From NCBI RefSeq assembly GCF_000737315.1, contig NZ_JMCB01000003.1, positions 20,001 through 144,000 on the forward strand: 124,000 nt of DNA. The letters run 5' to 3'. The notes beneath the pieces were generated by a model. It worked only from the letters and a program-made list of their open reading frames with translations. It was not told the DNA's origin and ran no database searches. Shown in pieces: positions 1 to 11,883 of this stretch (position 1 is the stretch's first letter; each line of letters begins with the position of its first letter). The DNA comes from Hyalangium minutum (GTDB lineage: Bacteria; Myxococcota; Myxococcia; Myxococcales; Myxococcaceae). The translations under genes and the position numbers were made by a program.

Positions 1-99
1 CCTTCCTGCCGCCCCGGAGGGGAGGCAGGTTCTAACACGCCCAGTCCATGCCTTTGGGACTGGTATGCGCCGCCCGGTGCGGCTACAAGCAGGGGTGGC

Positions 100-714
100 G
101 TGGCCAGGAAAAAGTTCATCGCCGTCGCGGGTAATATTGGCGCCGGGAAGACGGAGCTCACCTCGTTCCTCTGCCGGAAGTACGGCTTGACGCCGTACTT
201 CGAGCCGAACGACCAGAACCCCTACCTGGCCGACTTTTACAAGGACATGAAGAAGTGGGCCTTCCGCTCACAGATCTTCTTTTTGACCCATAAGTTCCGG
301 CTGCACCGCGAGCTGGAGCGTCAGCCCGGAACGGTATTGCAGGACCGGACCATCTACGAGGACGCGGAGATCTTCGCCAAGAACCTTCACCGGCAGCGCT
401 TCATCGACAAGCGGGACTGGCAGATGTACCGGGAGCTGTACGAGACGGTGGCCCAGGTGCTCACCCCGCCGGATCTGATGATCTACCTGCGCTGCCCCGT
501 GCAGACCCTCAAGGAGCGCATCCGCCTGCGAGGCCGCGTCATGGAGAAGGACATCCCCACGCTCTACCTCAAGCGCCTGAACGCCCTCTATGAGGAGTGG
601 TTCAGCCACTACAAGATGTCGCCCGTGCTCGTGCTGCCGACCGACAAGCTCGACTACCTCACCAACCTGGTGGATCGCGTGGATCTGTTCCGCCAGATCG
701 AGAAGCACCTGTGA
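100..714 (+). CDS. Deoxynucleoside kinase (dNK family)
   Basis: Walker A GNIGAGKT, YFEP, RSQIFFL, DRTIYED and YLR motifs. Confidence 0.9.
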   Translation: MARKKFIAVAGNIGAGKTELTSFLCRKYGLTPYFEPNDQNPYLADFYKDMKKWAFRSQIFFLTHKFRLHRELERQPGTVLQDRTIYEDAEIFAKNLHRQRFIDKRDWQMYRELYETVAQVLTPPDLMIYLRCPVQTLKERIRLRGRVMEKDIPTLYLKRLNALYEEWFSHYKMSPVLVLPTDKLDYLTNLVDRVDLFRQIEKHL

Positions 715-1886
715 AGGAGGTCTACGTCCTCGCCGTCGAGTCGTCTGCTCCCATCCCGTTGGAGGAGCTGCGCCCCGCGTTCGAGTCGGAAGACGTGCGC
801 TTCGCGATGCTGGAGGGCGGGAACGGTTTCTCCGTCCATGCTGAGGGCACTCAGGTCGAGGTGCGCTTCGACACCCAGCGGCCCACGAAGGGCGTGGATC
901 CCCGCCTGCTCACTGGCAGCGAGGAGGCTCAGAAGGCGTTCCAGCGCACCCAGGGCTATTACTGGCTCTCCGTGGAGCCGGGCTCCGGGCCTCAGCCCAC
1001 CGTGCCCGTTTTCGAGGCCCTGTGGTGCGCGCGCACGCTGATGGAGCAGACGCAGGGCGTGCTGCTGGACCTCACCGCGTACAAGCTGCACGACGTGGCG
1101 GACGTGGTGGAGATCACCGAGCTGGACTTCGACATTCGCGACCACGTCAACCTGCACGCCGTGGCCGCCATCGAGGGCGATACGCCCCTGTGGGTGCACT
1201 CGCACGGCATGGAGAAGTTCGGCACCCGGGACTTGGAGATCTTCCACCTGGGCGAGGAGGACCTGCTGGCCGCGGAGATGTTCCTCCATGAGCTGTGCAC
1301 GGACATGGCCTTCGGCCAGGGCCCCGGCGCTCGCAAGGAAGTGCATACCAGCGAGGGCCAATCCTTCCGGCTCGTGCCCTCCGAGGAGGCCCGGGTGAAC
1401 CTGCTCGGCGTCCCGCTGGAGACCTTCGAGGGCCACGAGGCCCTGTTCCTCAGCGTCGTGTCCCCGCTGGGCCGGCACAACACCGCCGAGTTGCTGCGCC
1501 CCTACCGCGAGCGCTTCGTCCCCGAGCCCGAGGAGCGCACCGAGTCCCTCCGGCTCGAGGCCCAGGCCCTGCTGCCTGCCTTCAAGGCCCGCTTCGGCCG
1601 CAAGGGGCTCATGGAGCCGCTCACCTTCCTGGTGCGAGCGCCCTTCGAGACCCACCCCGAGGGCCAGGCCGTCGAGGAGAACCTCTGGCTGGAGGTGGTG
1701 GCCTGGGAAGAGGGCACCGTGGTGGGCAAGCTCGTGGATGGCGCCGTCCACACCACCGAGTGGCGCAAGGGCGCTCACGTGGAGGTGGATGAGGAGCACA
1801 TCAACGCGCTCGCCATCAGCCACGAGGGCCGCACGCTGGACGAGGAAGAGATCCGCGCGCTGCTCATTGCCGAACGGCCCATGTAG
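711..1886 (+). CDS. DUF2314-like domain protein
   Basis: GTG start overlaps the dNK stop (GTGA); C-terminal ENLWLEVVAWEEGTVVGKL resembles YegJ/DUF2314. Confidence 0.6.
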   Translation: MKEVYVLAVESSAPIPLEELRPAFESEDVRFAMLEGGNGFSVHAEGTQVEVRFDTQRPTKGVDPRLLTGSEEAQKAFQRTQGYYWLSVEPGSGPQPTVPVFEALWCARTLMEQTQGVLLDLTAYKLHDVADVVEITELDFDIRDHVNLHAVAAIEGDTPLWVHSHGMEKFGTRDLEIFHLGEEDLLAAEMFLHELCTDMAFGQGPGARKEVHTSEGQSFRLVPSEEARVNLLGVPLETFEGHEALFLSVVSPLGRHNTAELLRPYRERFVPEPEERTESLRLEAQALLPAFKARFGRKGLMEPLTFLVRAPFETHPEGQAVEENLWLEVVAWEEGTVVGKLVDGAVHTTEWRKGAHVEVDEEHINALAISHEGRTLDEEEIRALLIAERPM

Positions 1887-1898
1887 GCTCCGCGCTCC

Positions 1899-3608
1899 AT
1901 GCCAGCCCTGCTGCTGCTCTCCGGTCCCTCCGCCGGCCGCCGCTATGAGGTGGTTTCGGACGTCTCCATTGGCCGCAGCCCGTCGTGCGAGATCCAGCTC
2001 GACGACGACAAGGTGTCCCGGCGGCACGCCCACATCTTCTTGAGCGAAGGGCAGATGCGCGTCCGGGATCTGGGCTCGCGCAACGGCACGCTCGTCAACG
2101 GAGAGCGCCTCCAGGGCGAGGCGCGCTTGGTGCCCGGCGATCGCATCCAGGTGGGAGAGACGACCGCCCTCTACGAGCCGCTCACCCAGGCCGCCTTGAC
2201 GGAGCAGGCGCCGCTCGATGCCCGCCATGTCCCCATCGCCGAGGTACTGCCGCACGTGGGGCCCGAGGCGGCTCTGCTGTCCGCTGGGGTGGCCCTGCTG
2301 GGCGCCACCAGCGAGGCCATGGTGCTGCGGCGGTTGGTGGACGAGGCCCTTCATGCCTTGAGCGCGGATCGGGCCGCGGCGCTGCTCGGAGGGCAGGGTG
2401 GGTTGCTCACCGCGGCGGTGTCAGGCACGGCCTCTGTGGAGGTTCCGCGCGTCATGGCGAGCCTGGCGCTGGAGCAGAAGGAGGTCGTTTCCACGGCCAA
2501 TGCCCTCTGTGCTCCCTTGGTGGCCGCCGGAGGCATGCCGTTCGGACTGCTGTATGTGGCGTGTGATGAGCCGCGCTTCAGTGCGAAGGATGCGGGCATC
2601 GTGGCCGCGCTGGGGCGCATGGGCGGCGAGGCGTACACCGCCATGCACTCCCGGATGGAGGAAGAGCAGGCCCCCGTTCAGCTCGTCGGCACGTCCCGGC
2701 CGTTCCGCCGCATGGTGGAGCAGGCCCGGCGCGCGGCTGCCAGCGCCGCTCCCGTGGTCATCTCCGGCGCCCCCGGAAGTGGGAAGAGCCTCCTGGCCCG
2801 GTTCATCCATGTGCACTCCCCTCGGGCGCTGGGGCCGCTGGTGGCGGTGGACTGCCGTCTGCCGGGGCCTGCCGTGGAGGAGTTCCTCTTTGGCCGCGCG
2901 AGTGCTCCCGGGCTTCCGCCGCGCTCGTCCGCGCTCCTGCGCGCGGATGGAGGGACGCTGCTGCTCCAGCACGTGGAGGGGCTCTCGGGCGCCACGGTCG
3001 AGCGGCTGGTGCGGCTGCTCGCGCGCAAGGTGGCTCCGGCCCGGCAAGGAGGCGAGGAGCCTGTCAATCTGCGCCTCATCGCCACTGCGATCGAGCCCAC
3101 GCAGCTCCTGGCCGCCAAGGGCGGGCTGGATCCCGCCCTGGCCATGGCGCTGTCCGGACTGGAGATCGAGGTGCCGCCCCTGCGCGAGCGCCGCGCCGAT
3201 CTGAGCGCCTTGTTCGAGCACTTCGCCGCCCGGGGCGCCCAAGCCACCCGGAAGCCACCTCCGGTGCTCAGCCCGGGGGCCAAGCGCCTCCTCGTGGACT
3301 ACGCGTGGCCACAGAACGTGAGCGAGCTGAAGCTGGTGGCAGAGCGGCTCGGGCGGCTGTACTCCGGCCGCGAGGTGCACGCGCTGCGCTTGCCTCCGGA
3401 GATCCAGGAGGGCTCGGCGGAGGCCAAGCCTCGCAGCCTGCAGGAGATGGTCGAACGCCTGGAGCGGGAGGCCATCGTCGAGGCGCTCCAGTCCGCGGGA
3501 GGCCGGAAGATCCGCGCGGCCGAGCAGCTCGGCATCAGCCGCCCCACGCTGGACAAGAAGATCGAGGAGTACGCCATCCAGTTGGAGAAGCCACGGCGGC
3601 GACAGTGA
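1899..3608 (+). CDS. FHA-GAF-like sigma-54 enhancer-binding-type regulator (degenerate AAA+)
   Basis: FHA (GRS..VSRRHA..DLGSRNGT), Walker A GAPGSGKS, C-terminal Fis HTH; GAFTGA and Walker B degenerate. Confidence 0.85.
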   Translation: MPALLLLSGPSAGRRYEVVSDVSIGRSPSCEIQLDDDKVSRRHAHIFLSEGQMRVRDLGSRNGTLVNGERLQGEARLVPGDRIQVGETTALYEPLTQAALTEQAPLDARHVPIAEVLPHVGPEAALLSAGVALLGATSEAMVLRRLVDEALHALSADRAAALLGGQGGLLTAAVSGTASVEVPRVMASLALEQKEVVSTANALCAPLVAAGGMPFGLLYVACDEPRFSAKDAGIVAALGRMGGEAYTAMHSRMEEEQAPVQLVGTSRPFRRMVEQARRAAASAAPVVISGAPGSGKSLLARFIHVHSPRALGPLVAVDCRLPGPAVEEFLFGRASAPGLPPRSSALLRADGGTLLLQHVEGLSGATVERLVRLLARKVAPARQGGEEPVNLRLIATAIEPTQLLAAKGGLDPALAMALSGLEIEVPPLRERRADLSALFEHFAARGAQATRKPPPVLSPGAKRLLVDYAWPQNVSELKLVAERLGRLYSGREVHALRLPPEIQEGSAEAKPRSLQEMVERLEREAIVEALQSAGGRKIRAAEQLGISRPTLDKKIEEYAIQLEKPRRRQ

Positions 3609-3649
3609 GGGCACCATCCCGCTTGTCCCCCCGTGCCCCCGCAGCGTAG

Positions 3650-4564
3650 ATGCCCCCCATGAGCTTCCGTTACTCCGACGAGGTGCGTCGCGCCCTGGAC
3701 ACGAAGGCGCCGCTGGTGGCGCTCGAGACGAGCGTGGTGGCCCAAGGCCTGCCTTACCCGGACAACCTCCGCGCCGCGCGCGCCTGCGAGGAGGCCGTTC
3801 GCAGCGCCGGTGCCGTGCCCGCTCCCATCGCCGTGGTGGATGGCGAGGTGTGGATCGGTCTCGAGGAGGCCGCCATGCTCCGGCTCGCCGAGGGCAAGGA
3901 GAAGCTGATGAAGCTCGGCTCGCGCGATCTGCCCGTGGCCATCGCCTTGAAGGCCTCGGGGGGCACCACCGTGAGCGCCACCTGTGAGCTGGCCGCCGCC
4001 GCCGGCATCCGCGTCTTCGCCACCGGCGGCCTGGGCGGTGTCCACCGGGGCGTCAGCGAGCACTGGGACATCTCCCAGGACATTGGCGCGCTGGCCCGCT
4101 ACCCCGTCGCCGTGGTGTGCGCCGGCGCCAAGTCCATCCTGGATCTGCCCAAGACGATGGAGGCCCTGGAGACCGCGAGCGTGCCCGTCATCGGCGTGCG
4201 CACCAGCGAGCTCCCATCCTTTTATAGCCGCAGCTCGGGCATGCCGCTGGAGCACCGGGTCGAGGACGCCGTCACGGCCGCTCGCATCGTCCGCGCCCGG
4301 GGCGAGCTGGGGCAGGGGGGGCTCGTCTTCGCGCTTCCGCCACCCGACGAGGCGGCCCTGCCTCGGGAGGACGTGGAGCGGCACATCGCCTCCGCGCTCG
4401 CCGAGGCCGAGCGCCAAAGTATTCGAGGCAAGGCCGTCACCCCGTTCCTGCTCGGGGACATGGCCCGGCGCACGGGAGGCCAGAGCCTGAAGGCCAACCT
4501 GGCCCTCCTGGCCAACAACTCGCGCTTCGCCGGAGAGCTTGCCGTCGCTTTGACGCGGGGATGA
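3650..4564 (+). CDS. psuG: Pseudouridine-5'-phosphate glycosidase
   Basis: VALETS..QGLPYP, GGTTVSAT, FATGGLGGVHRG, DISQD, GKAVTPFLL. Confidence 0.92.
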   Translation: MPPMSFRYSDEVRRALDTKAPLVALETSVVAQGLPYPDNLRAARACEEAVRSAGAVPAPIAVVDGEVWIGLEEAAMLRLAEGKEKLMKLGSRDLPVAIALKASGGTTVSATCELAAAAGIRVFATGGLGGVHRGVSEHWDISQDIGALARYPVAVVCAGAKSILDLPKTMEALETASVPVIGVRTSELPSFYSRSSGMPLEHRVEDAVTAARIVRARGELGQGGLVFALPPPDEAALPREDVERHIASALAEAERQSIRGKAVTPFLLGDMARRTGGQSLKANLALLANNSRFAGELAVALTRG

Positions 4565-4628
4565 CATGACCGGAGGGGCAGCTTCACGAAGCTGCTTTTG
4601 AGGTGGCATGCTCTAGGGAGGCCCCTGC

Positions 4629-6200
4629 ATGCCAGCACCTTCCATTCCGGCGGATGAAGCCCAGCGCCTCAAGGCTTTGTGGGATCTGTGCGTGCTGGAC
4701 ACCCCGCCGGAGGAGCGGTTCGACCGCATCGTCCGGATGGCGGTACGGCTCTTCCAGGTGCCCATCGCCTTGGTGTCGCTGGTGGACAAGGACCGGCAGT
4801 GGTTCAAGGCCCGGTACGGGATCGCGGAGCTGTCGGGGCCTCGCAACACCTCGTTCTGCGGCCACGCCATTCTCCATTCCGAGATGCTGGTGGTGCCGGA
4901 CGCCACCCTGGACCCTCGCTTCCTGGACAACCCGAATGTCCTGGACGCGCCCCACGTCCGCTTCTACGCGGGCCAGCCGCTGAGGGCGCCCAACGGAAGG
5001 CTTGTCGGGACGCTGTGCGTGGTCGACTACAAGACCCGCGAATTCAGTGAGGAGGATCGTCGCGCCTTGAGGGACTTGTCCGCGTGGACGGAGCTGGAGC
5101 TGTCCATGAAGGCGCTCCAGGAGGCCCAGGCCGCCGTCAAGCAGCTGGATCACTTCTTCGAGCTGTCGGCGGACATGCTCAGCATCACCAACCTCGAGAG
5201 CCGGCTGCTGCGCTGCAGCGTCTCCTGGAGCCGGACCTTGGGCTACTCCACCACGGAGCTGAGGGACATCCGGTTGCGCGAGCTGTTCCACCCGGAGGAT
5301 CTCCCCCAGGTGCTCGAGGCTCGACAGCGGGCCATCGAGGGCAGGCCACTCCCCAGTGTCGAGTGCCGCATTCGCGACCGCGCTGGCACCTGGCGCTGGC
5401 TCCAGAGCAACTTCATCTTCAATCCCGCCGAGTGTGTCTTCTACTCGGTGGCCCGGGAGATCACCGAGCAGAAGCAGCTGGAGAGCGAGCACCGCCGCGT
5501 GGAGCAGCTGAAGGACGAGTTCGTTTCCACGGTGAGCCACGAGCTGCGCACGCCGTTGACGTCCATCCGCGGGGCGCTGGGGCTGCTGAAGGGCGGCATC
5601 GCGGGTCCACTGCCCGCGGAGGCCGAGGAGCTCATCTGGATCGCCCAGGACAACAGCGATCGGCTGCTGCGCCTCATCAACGACATCCTGGATCTGGAGG
5701 GGCTGGAGACGGGCCAGCTCTCCTTCAAGCGGGAGCCGCTGCCCTTGGGCGAGCTGGTCACCCAGGCCGTCGTCGCGCAGCGGGGCTACGCGGCGCAGTA
5801 CGGCGTGAAGCTGGTGGTGGCACTGGACTCCGAGGCGCGGGCCTTGGTGGATGCGGACCGCTTCCTCCAGGTCATGGCCAACCTGTTGTCCAACGCCATC
5901 AAGTTCTCTCCCCAGGGCGAGACGGTGCAGGTCCGCCTGGCGCGGCTGCCGGGCGGCCTGCGCGTCAGCGTGGAGGATCACGGGCCGGGCATCCCCGAGT
6001 CCTTCCGCTCGCGCATCTTCCATAAGTTCGCCCAGGCGGACGGCTCGGACACCCGCCGCAAGGGGGGCACGGGGCTGGGGCTGTCCATCACCCAGGCGCT
6101 CGTGGCGCGGATGGAGGGCACCCTGAGCTTCGTCTCCGAGGAAGGGGAGGGCAGCACCTTCTTCGTGGTGCTGCCCGAGTGGACGCCGCCGGAGCCTTGA
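4629..6200 (+). CDS. GAF-PAS sensor histidine kinase
   Basis: GAF (LDTPPEERFD), PAS, H-box VSHELRTPL, N/G boxes. Confidence 0.92.
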   Translation: MPAPSIPADEAQRLKALWDLCVLDTPPEERFDRIVRMAVRLFQVPIALVSLVDKDRQWFKARYGIAELSGPRNTSFCGHAILHSEMLVVPDATLDPRFLDNPNVLDAPHVRFYAGQPLRAPNGRLVGTLCVVDYKTREFSEEDRRALRDLSAWTELELSMKALQEAQAAVKQLDHFFELSADMLSITNLESRLLRCSVSWSRTLGYSTTELRDIRLRELFHPEDLPQVLEARQRAIEGRPLPSVECRIRDRAGTWRWLQSNFIFNPAECVFYSVAREITEQKQLESEHRRVEQLKDEFVSTVSHELRTPLTSIRGALGLLKGGIAGPLPAEAEELIWIAQDNSDRLLRLINDILDLEGLETGQLSFKREPLPLGELVTQAVVAQRGYAAQYGVKLVVALDSEARALVDADRFLQVMANLLSNAIKFSPQGETVQVRLARLPGGLRVSVEDHGPGIPESFRSRIFHKFAQADGSDTRRKGGTGLGLSITQALVARMEGTLSFVSEEGEGSTFFVVLPEWTPPEP

Positions 6201-6206
6201 GTGTGG

Positions 6207-6773
6207 CTACGGGCCTCGCACCGCGCTCCAGAGCGACACCGCGCCGAACAGGAAGAAGAGCGAGGCGGCGACCCACCGCAGCCACTTCATCTGCACCTTG
6301 CCCGCGAGCTTGTCGCCCAGGAACACCGCCAGCCCGTCCGAGAAGAGCATCCCCAGCGTCGTGCCCGCCGTCACCAGGAGCACGGACTGGTAGCGCGCGG
6401 CCAAGGCCACGGTGGCCAGCTGCGTCTTGTCTCCCATCTCCGCCAGGAAGAAGAGGATCGCCGTGGTGAGGAAGGCGCCAAAGCGCGGCGGCTTCTCGGA
6501 TTCCTCGAGCGTGTCCGGCTTGAGCGTCCACAGCCCGAAGCCGATGAAGGTGGCCGCCAGCACCGCCGCCATGATCCGCGGGGAGACGTGCGAGGACACC
6601 CACGTGCCCACGCTGGAGGCCAGCGCGTGGTTGGCCAGGGTGGCCGCGAGGATTCCGGCCATCACCACCCACGGCTTGCGGAACCGGGAGGCCAGCGAGA
6701 ACGCGAGCAGCTGGGTTTTGTCGCCCATCTCACTGGCGGCGACGAGGAGGAAAGAACTCACCACGGCTTCCAT
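6207..6773 (-). CDS. TMEM165/GDT1 (UPF0016) family Mn2+/Ca2+ exporter
   Basis: Two EMGDKTQL motifs; hydrophobic. Confidence 0.92.
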   Translation of the reverse strand: MEAVVSSFLLVAASEMGDKTQLLAFSLASRFRKPWVVMAGILAATLANHALASSVGTWVSSHVSPRIMAAVLAATFIGFGLWTLKPDTLEESEKPPRFGAFLTTAILFFLAEMGDKTQLATVALAARYQSVLLVTAGTTLGMLFSDGLAVFLGDKLAGKVQMKWLRWVAASLFFLFGAVSLWSAVRGP

Positions 6774-6849
6774 CACGACACTCCCTTGTCGAGGCCGAGG
6801 TGTCGTGGGAGCACTGCGCGCGCACGAGCCTCGGCCAGGTTTCCCTGTC

Positions 6850-6958
6850 CGAAGGTCTCGTTCGCCTCGCACAGCGAGGTGAGGGCCCGGGCTGTTACCA
6901 GCCAGTGTGTCGAGCTCCCCGGCGCCGATGGTTTCCGGCGCGAACTACTCCCCTTACT
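6850..6958 (-). ncRNA. yybP-ykoY manganese riboswitch
   Basis: Minus strand reads TAAGGGGAGTAG...CGAACGAGACCTTC, the conserved ends of the family; directly upstream of a UPF0016 exporter. Confidence 0.8.
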
Positions 6959-7006
6959 GGAGTGCTGGATACCAGCCTCCGTGCCGCCTGCCAACAGGCA
7001 ATGCGG

Positions 7007-7498
7007 CTAGCGCTTGCGCGAGAACCAGCCCATGAGGCTCTCGAGCTCCCGCTTGTCCACGTCGTCGAACGTGGCCTTGTGCTCGGAGTCGATGTCCAGC
7101 ACCGCCATCAGCTCGCGGTTGGGCCCGAACACCGGCACAACGATCTCCGACACCGAGCGCCCATCGCAGGTGATGTGGCCCGGGAAGGCGTGTACGTCCG
7201 GTACCACCACCGTCTCGCGCGTGGCCGCCGAGGCGCCACACACGCCCTTGCCGAAGGTGATCTCCAGGCACCCCAGCGTGCCCTGGTAGGGGCCGACGCG
7301 CAGCAGCTTGCCCGGCTGGACCACCCGGTAGAACCCGGTCCACAGGTGACCGAACGCGTGGTGCAGCAGGCAGCTCATCGTCGCCATGGCGGTGATGTCG
7401 TCGTCAACGCCCTCCAGCACCGCCTCCACGTGCTGCTTGAGCTCCGCATACGCTTCCGCCTTCGGCCGGTCGCGCAGATCCAGGGTGACTTCAGCCAT
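7007..7498 (-). CDS. msrC: GAF-domain protein, free methionine-R-sulfoxide reductase-like
   Basis: WTGFY, VGPYQG..GC..I.FGKGVCG, HITCD..S.SEIVVP, VLDIDS. Confidence 0.8.
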   Translation of the reverse strand: MAEVTLDLRDRPKAEAYAELKQHVEAVLEGVDDDITAMATMSCLLHHAFGHLWTGFYRVVQPGKLLRVGPYQGTLGCLEITFGKGVCGASAATRETVVVPDVHAFPGHITCDGRSVSEIVVPVFGPNRELMAVLDIDSEHKATFDDVDKRELESLMGWFSRKR

Positions 7499-7643
7499 CG
7501 GTGAGTCCTCAAGAGATGGATGCCGGCCGCGTCACCGCGCCAGCGGGCCCCTTTTACATGGAATCGCACCCCGCGCGAGAGGAGGCACGCAGGACCCAGG
7601 GGAGGGACACTCCCCGGGTGGGCTGCACGCTTGCCATGCCGCG

Positions 7644-8735
7644 TCAACCCGTGGCGTTCGCGGGGGGAGCCGCCGTGGGCTCGGACTTCTGGGAAGGCTC
7701 GGCCTTCGGGGCTGCGGCGGCCTTCTCCGAGGCGGAGGCCTTCTCCGGCTTGGACAGCATCCCGTAGCGCTTCGCTGCGGACTCCAGGATGCGCCCCACG
7801 AGTTGGAGGTAGGACATGCCCTTCTCCCGGGCGCCCATGGCCAGCTCGCTCTTGTCCTCCAGGTAGGGGTTCGGGTTCACCTCGAGGACGTAGGGGTCCC
7901 CCTCCTTCGAGATGCGGAGGTCGATGCGCGCGTAGTCCTGGAGCTTGAGCCCCCGGTAGGCGAGCAGCGCCGCCCGCTCCACCCGCTGGCGCAGCTCCGG
8001 CGAGATGTTCTGGGCGATGACGAGCTTGGGCGAGCCCTCCGTCTCCGGGCCGAACTTCACCTCCCGGTCCGAGATGGTGGGCTTGTTCTTGTCCCAGTTG
8101 CCGAAGTCCAGCTCCACGATGGGGAGGATCTCCGGCATCTCCTTGGGGCCAATCACCCCCACATACACTTCGCGCCCCTCGATGAACTCCTCCGCGAGCG
8201 CCTCGTCCTGCAGCTCCTTGCGGATCTCCTGCACCCGGCGCGTCAGGTCCTCCCAGTTGTGCACCAGCGACTTCTTGCCGATGCCAATGGAGGCGTCGCT
8301 CCGGGAGGGCTTCACGATGAGCGGGAACTCCAAGTCTCCGTGGGTCTCCACGGTGACGCCGTCGAAGGTGGCGAAGTCCGCGGTGGGGATCTCGTGGTAC
8401 TCGAGCAGCTGCTTGGTGAGGATCTTGTCCTGCGCCAGCAGCAGCCCCGCCGTCCCCGAGCCGGTGAACTTCACCCGCGCCATCTCCATCAGCGCCGCGA
8501 CGTTCACCTCCATCCGGTAGTCCTCGGCGAACGTCTCGCAGAGGTTGAACACCAGGTCGCACTTCGACCGGGCGATCGATTGGAGGATGTCCGACACGCC
8601 GTCGCTCACGGCGATCAGCGAGGCCTCATGGCCCAGCTGCCGCAGCGACTCGGCCACCTGGGTCACGACGGGGTCCACGGGCTCCCCGTCCGGCTGGTAG
8701 TGAAGCACGGCGATCTTCAAGGGCGGAACGGGCAT
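7644..8735 (-). CDS. D-Ala-D-Ala ligase-like ATP-grasp enzyme
   Basis: VFNLCE, QDKILTK, FPLIVKP..DASIGI, EEFIEGRE, YARIDLR, LEVNPNP. Confidence 0.85.
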   Translation of the reverse strand: MPVPPLKIAVLHYQPDGEPVDPVVTQVAESLRQLGHEASLIAVSDGVSDILQSIARSKCDLVFNLCETFAEDYRMEVNVAALMEMARVKFTGSGTAGLLLAQDKILTKQLLEYHEIPTADFATFDGVTVETHGDLEFPLIVKPSRSDASIGIGKKSLVHNWEDLTRRVQEIRKELQDEALAEEFIEGREVYVGVIGPKEMPEILPIVELDFGNWDKNKPTISDREVKFGPETEGSPKLVIAQNISPELRQRVERAALLAYRGLKLQDYARIDLRISKEGDPYVLEVNPNPYLEDKSELAMGAREKGMSYLQLVGRILESAAKRYGMLSKPEKASASEKAAAAPKAEPSQKSEPTAAPPANATG

Positions 8736-8813
8736 GGCCCTTCAAGTGTAAGGCGTCACCGCGCGCCGTGCACCCAGGCACGCGAACGGCTCCGTACTTT
8801 TGCCCGGCGGTGA

Positions 8814-9881
8814 TCAGTCCACCTCGAAGAAGCGGTCCGTGTAGAGGTAGTTCATCGCCAGCGCTGTCGCCAGCGAGGTGAGCTTGGTGAGGTACTCGCG
8901 CGTCTTGTCCAGGTGGATGCTCAGCCGCAGCGCCGTGGTGCGCTCGATGAGGTGCTCCACCAGCGCCAGCACCACCGGACGGCCCACGCCGCTGTACTGG
9001 GTGACCGCCTGGATGAGCGACTGGCGCTCGGCACGCACGAGCGTCTCCGCGCTGGCCGGCGCCGTGTCGGGCGGCTCGAACAGGCCGAGCAGATCCTGAT
9101 CCAGGTGCTCGCGCAGCGACAGCTCCACGCGCTCCTCGAGCTGGCGCTGGCGGTAGTGATCGAGGACCGTCTCCTCCATGTCCTCCACGTCCAGATCACG
9201 CTCGGCCAGCTGCACCAGCGGCGAGGTGCGTCCCACGCGCTGAATGACCTTCTCCATGTACTCGAGCTTCTTGAGCGCGGCCCAGCCCGCGTATCGCTTG
9301 CGCCAGTCCAGGCCGGGCGTCAGGAAGACCGCGAACGTCTCGGCGAAGTCCTCGTCCGGATGCTTCTGCGCGTACCAGCCGGAGATGTGCACCACGTACT
9401 TCCGGCTGAACGGGCGCGGCTTGTACGTCTCGTCGTAGGGCTTGGAGTAGTCCCCGAAAATCTTCCGCCACTCGTCCGTGTCGTAGAGGCGATAGGCGTA
9501 GTTGAAGGCGTGCCCGGCCTCGTGGCGCAGGTACATGAGGATCTCGCGCTCCGTCTCCGCGTCGCCGCTCAGCTCCGCCTCGATGGAGTGCAGGCGAGGG
9601 TCCGCCAGGTAGAACGGCAGCCCGATGACAGGCACGCCGGACGGGCAGCCCCACTGATCCGACAGGTAGCACTCCGGCCGGAACGAGATGGCCTTGCTCT
9701 CCAGCTCGCTGTAGAGCTGCTGGATGTAGCGCTCGAGGGCCGTGCCCTTCAGGTGGAGCCTCAGGTCCTTGATGCGGGCCTGGAGCAGTGCCTCGCGCTC
9801 GGGACGGCGCGGGGAGTCGGCCGCCTCGTGCGGGTCGGCCAGGGTCTTTTCTCGGAAGGTGATCTGGGAAGGTTGGAGCAT
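8814..9881 (-). CDS. Putative zinc-binding metallopeptidase
   Basis: HEAGH (HExxH) and YAQKHPDEDFAETF. Confidence 0.8.
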   Translation of the reverse strand: MLQPSQITFREKTLADPHEAADSPRRPEREALLQARIKDLRLHLKGTALERYIQQLYSELESKAISFRPECYLSDQWGCPSGVPVIGLPFYLADPRLHSIEAELSGDAETEREILMYLRHEAGHAFNYAYRLYDTDEWRKIFGDYSKPYDETYKPRPFSRKYVVHISGWYAQKHPDEDFAETFAVFLTPGLDWRKRYAGWAALKKLEYMEKVIQRVGRTSPLVQLAERDLDVEDMEETVLDHYRQRQLEERVELSLREHLDQDLLGLFEPPDTAPASAETLVRAERQSLIQAVTQYSGVGRPVVLALVEHLIERTTALRLSIHLDKTREYLTKLTSLATALAMNYLYTDRFFEVD

Positions 9882-10048
9882 CGGGTCCCCAAGGGGCCCC
9901 GAAGTCTAATGGCGAGCCCTGGGGGGTAAATTGGCTTGCCCCCAGCTACATGCAAAGGGTTGAAAAGACTGAATAATATGGGCACAAACCAGCTTGCCGG
10001 GCCGGTGGGAGACCGGCCCAGCGAGGGGTGCCCAGGTAGGCAGGAGGG

Positions 10049-11761
<1,713 letters not shown>

Positions 11762-11883
11762 TGGCCGCGGAGTATAGGCAAGCCGTGGCTAGGGTCCCAA
11801 GGGGGTAGAGCGGCGGTTGGGGGGCAAGCAGGCAATCATCCTGTTCCCGGCGGCGCTCCGGGCTGTTACATCCCCCAGCCGCC

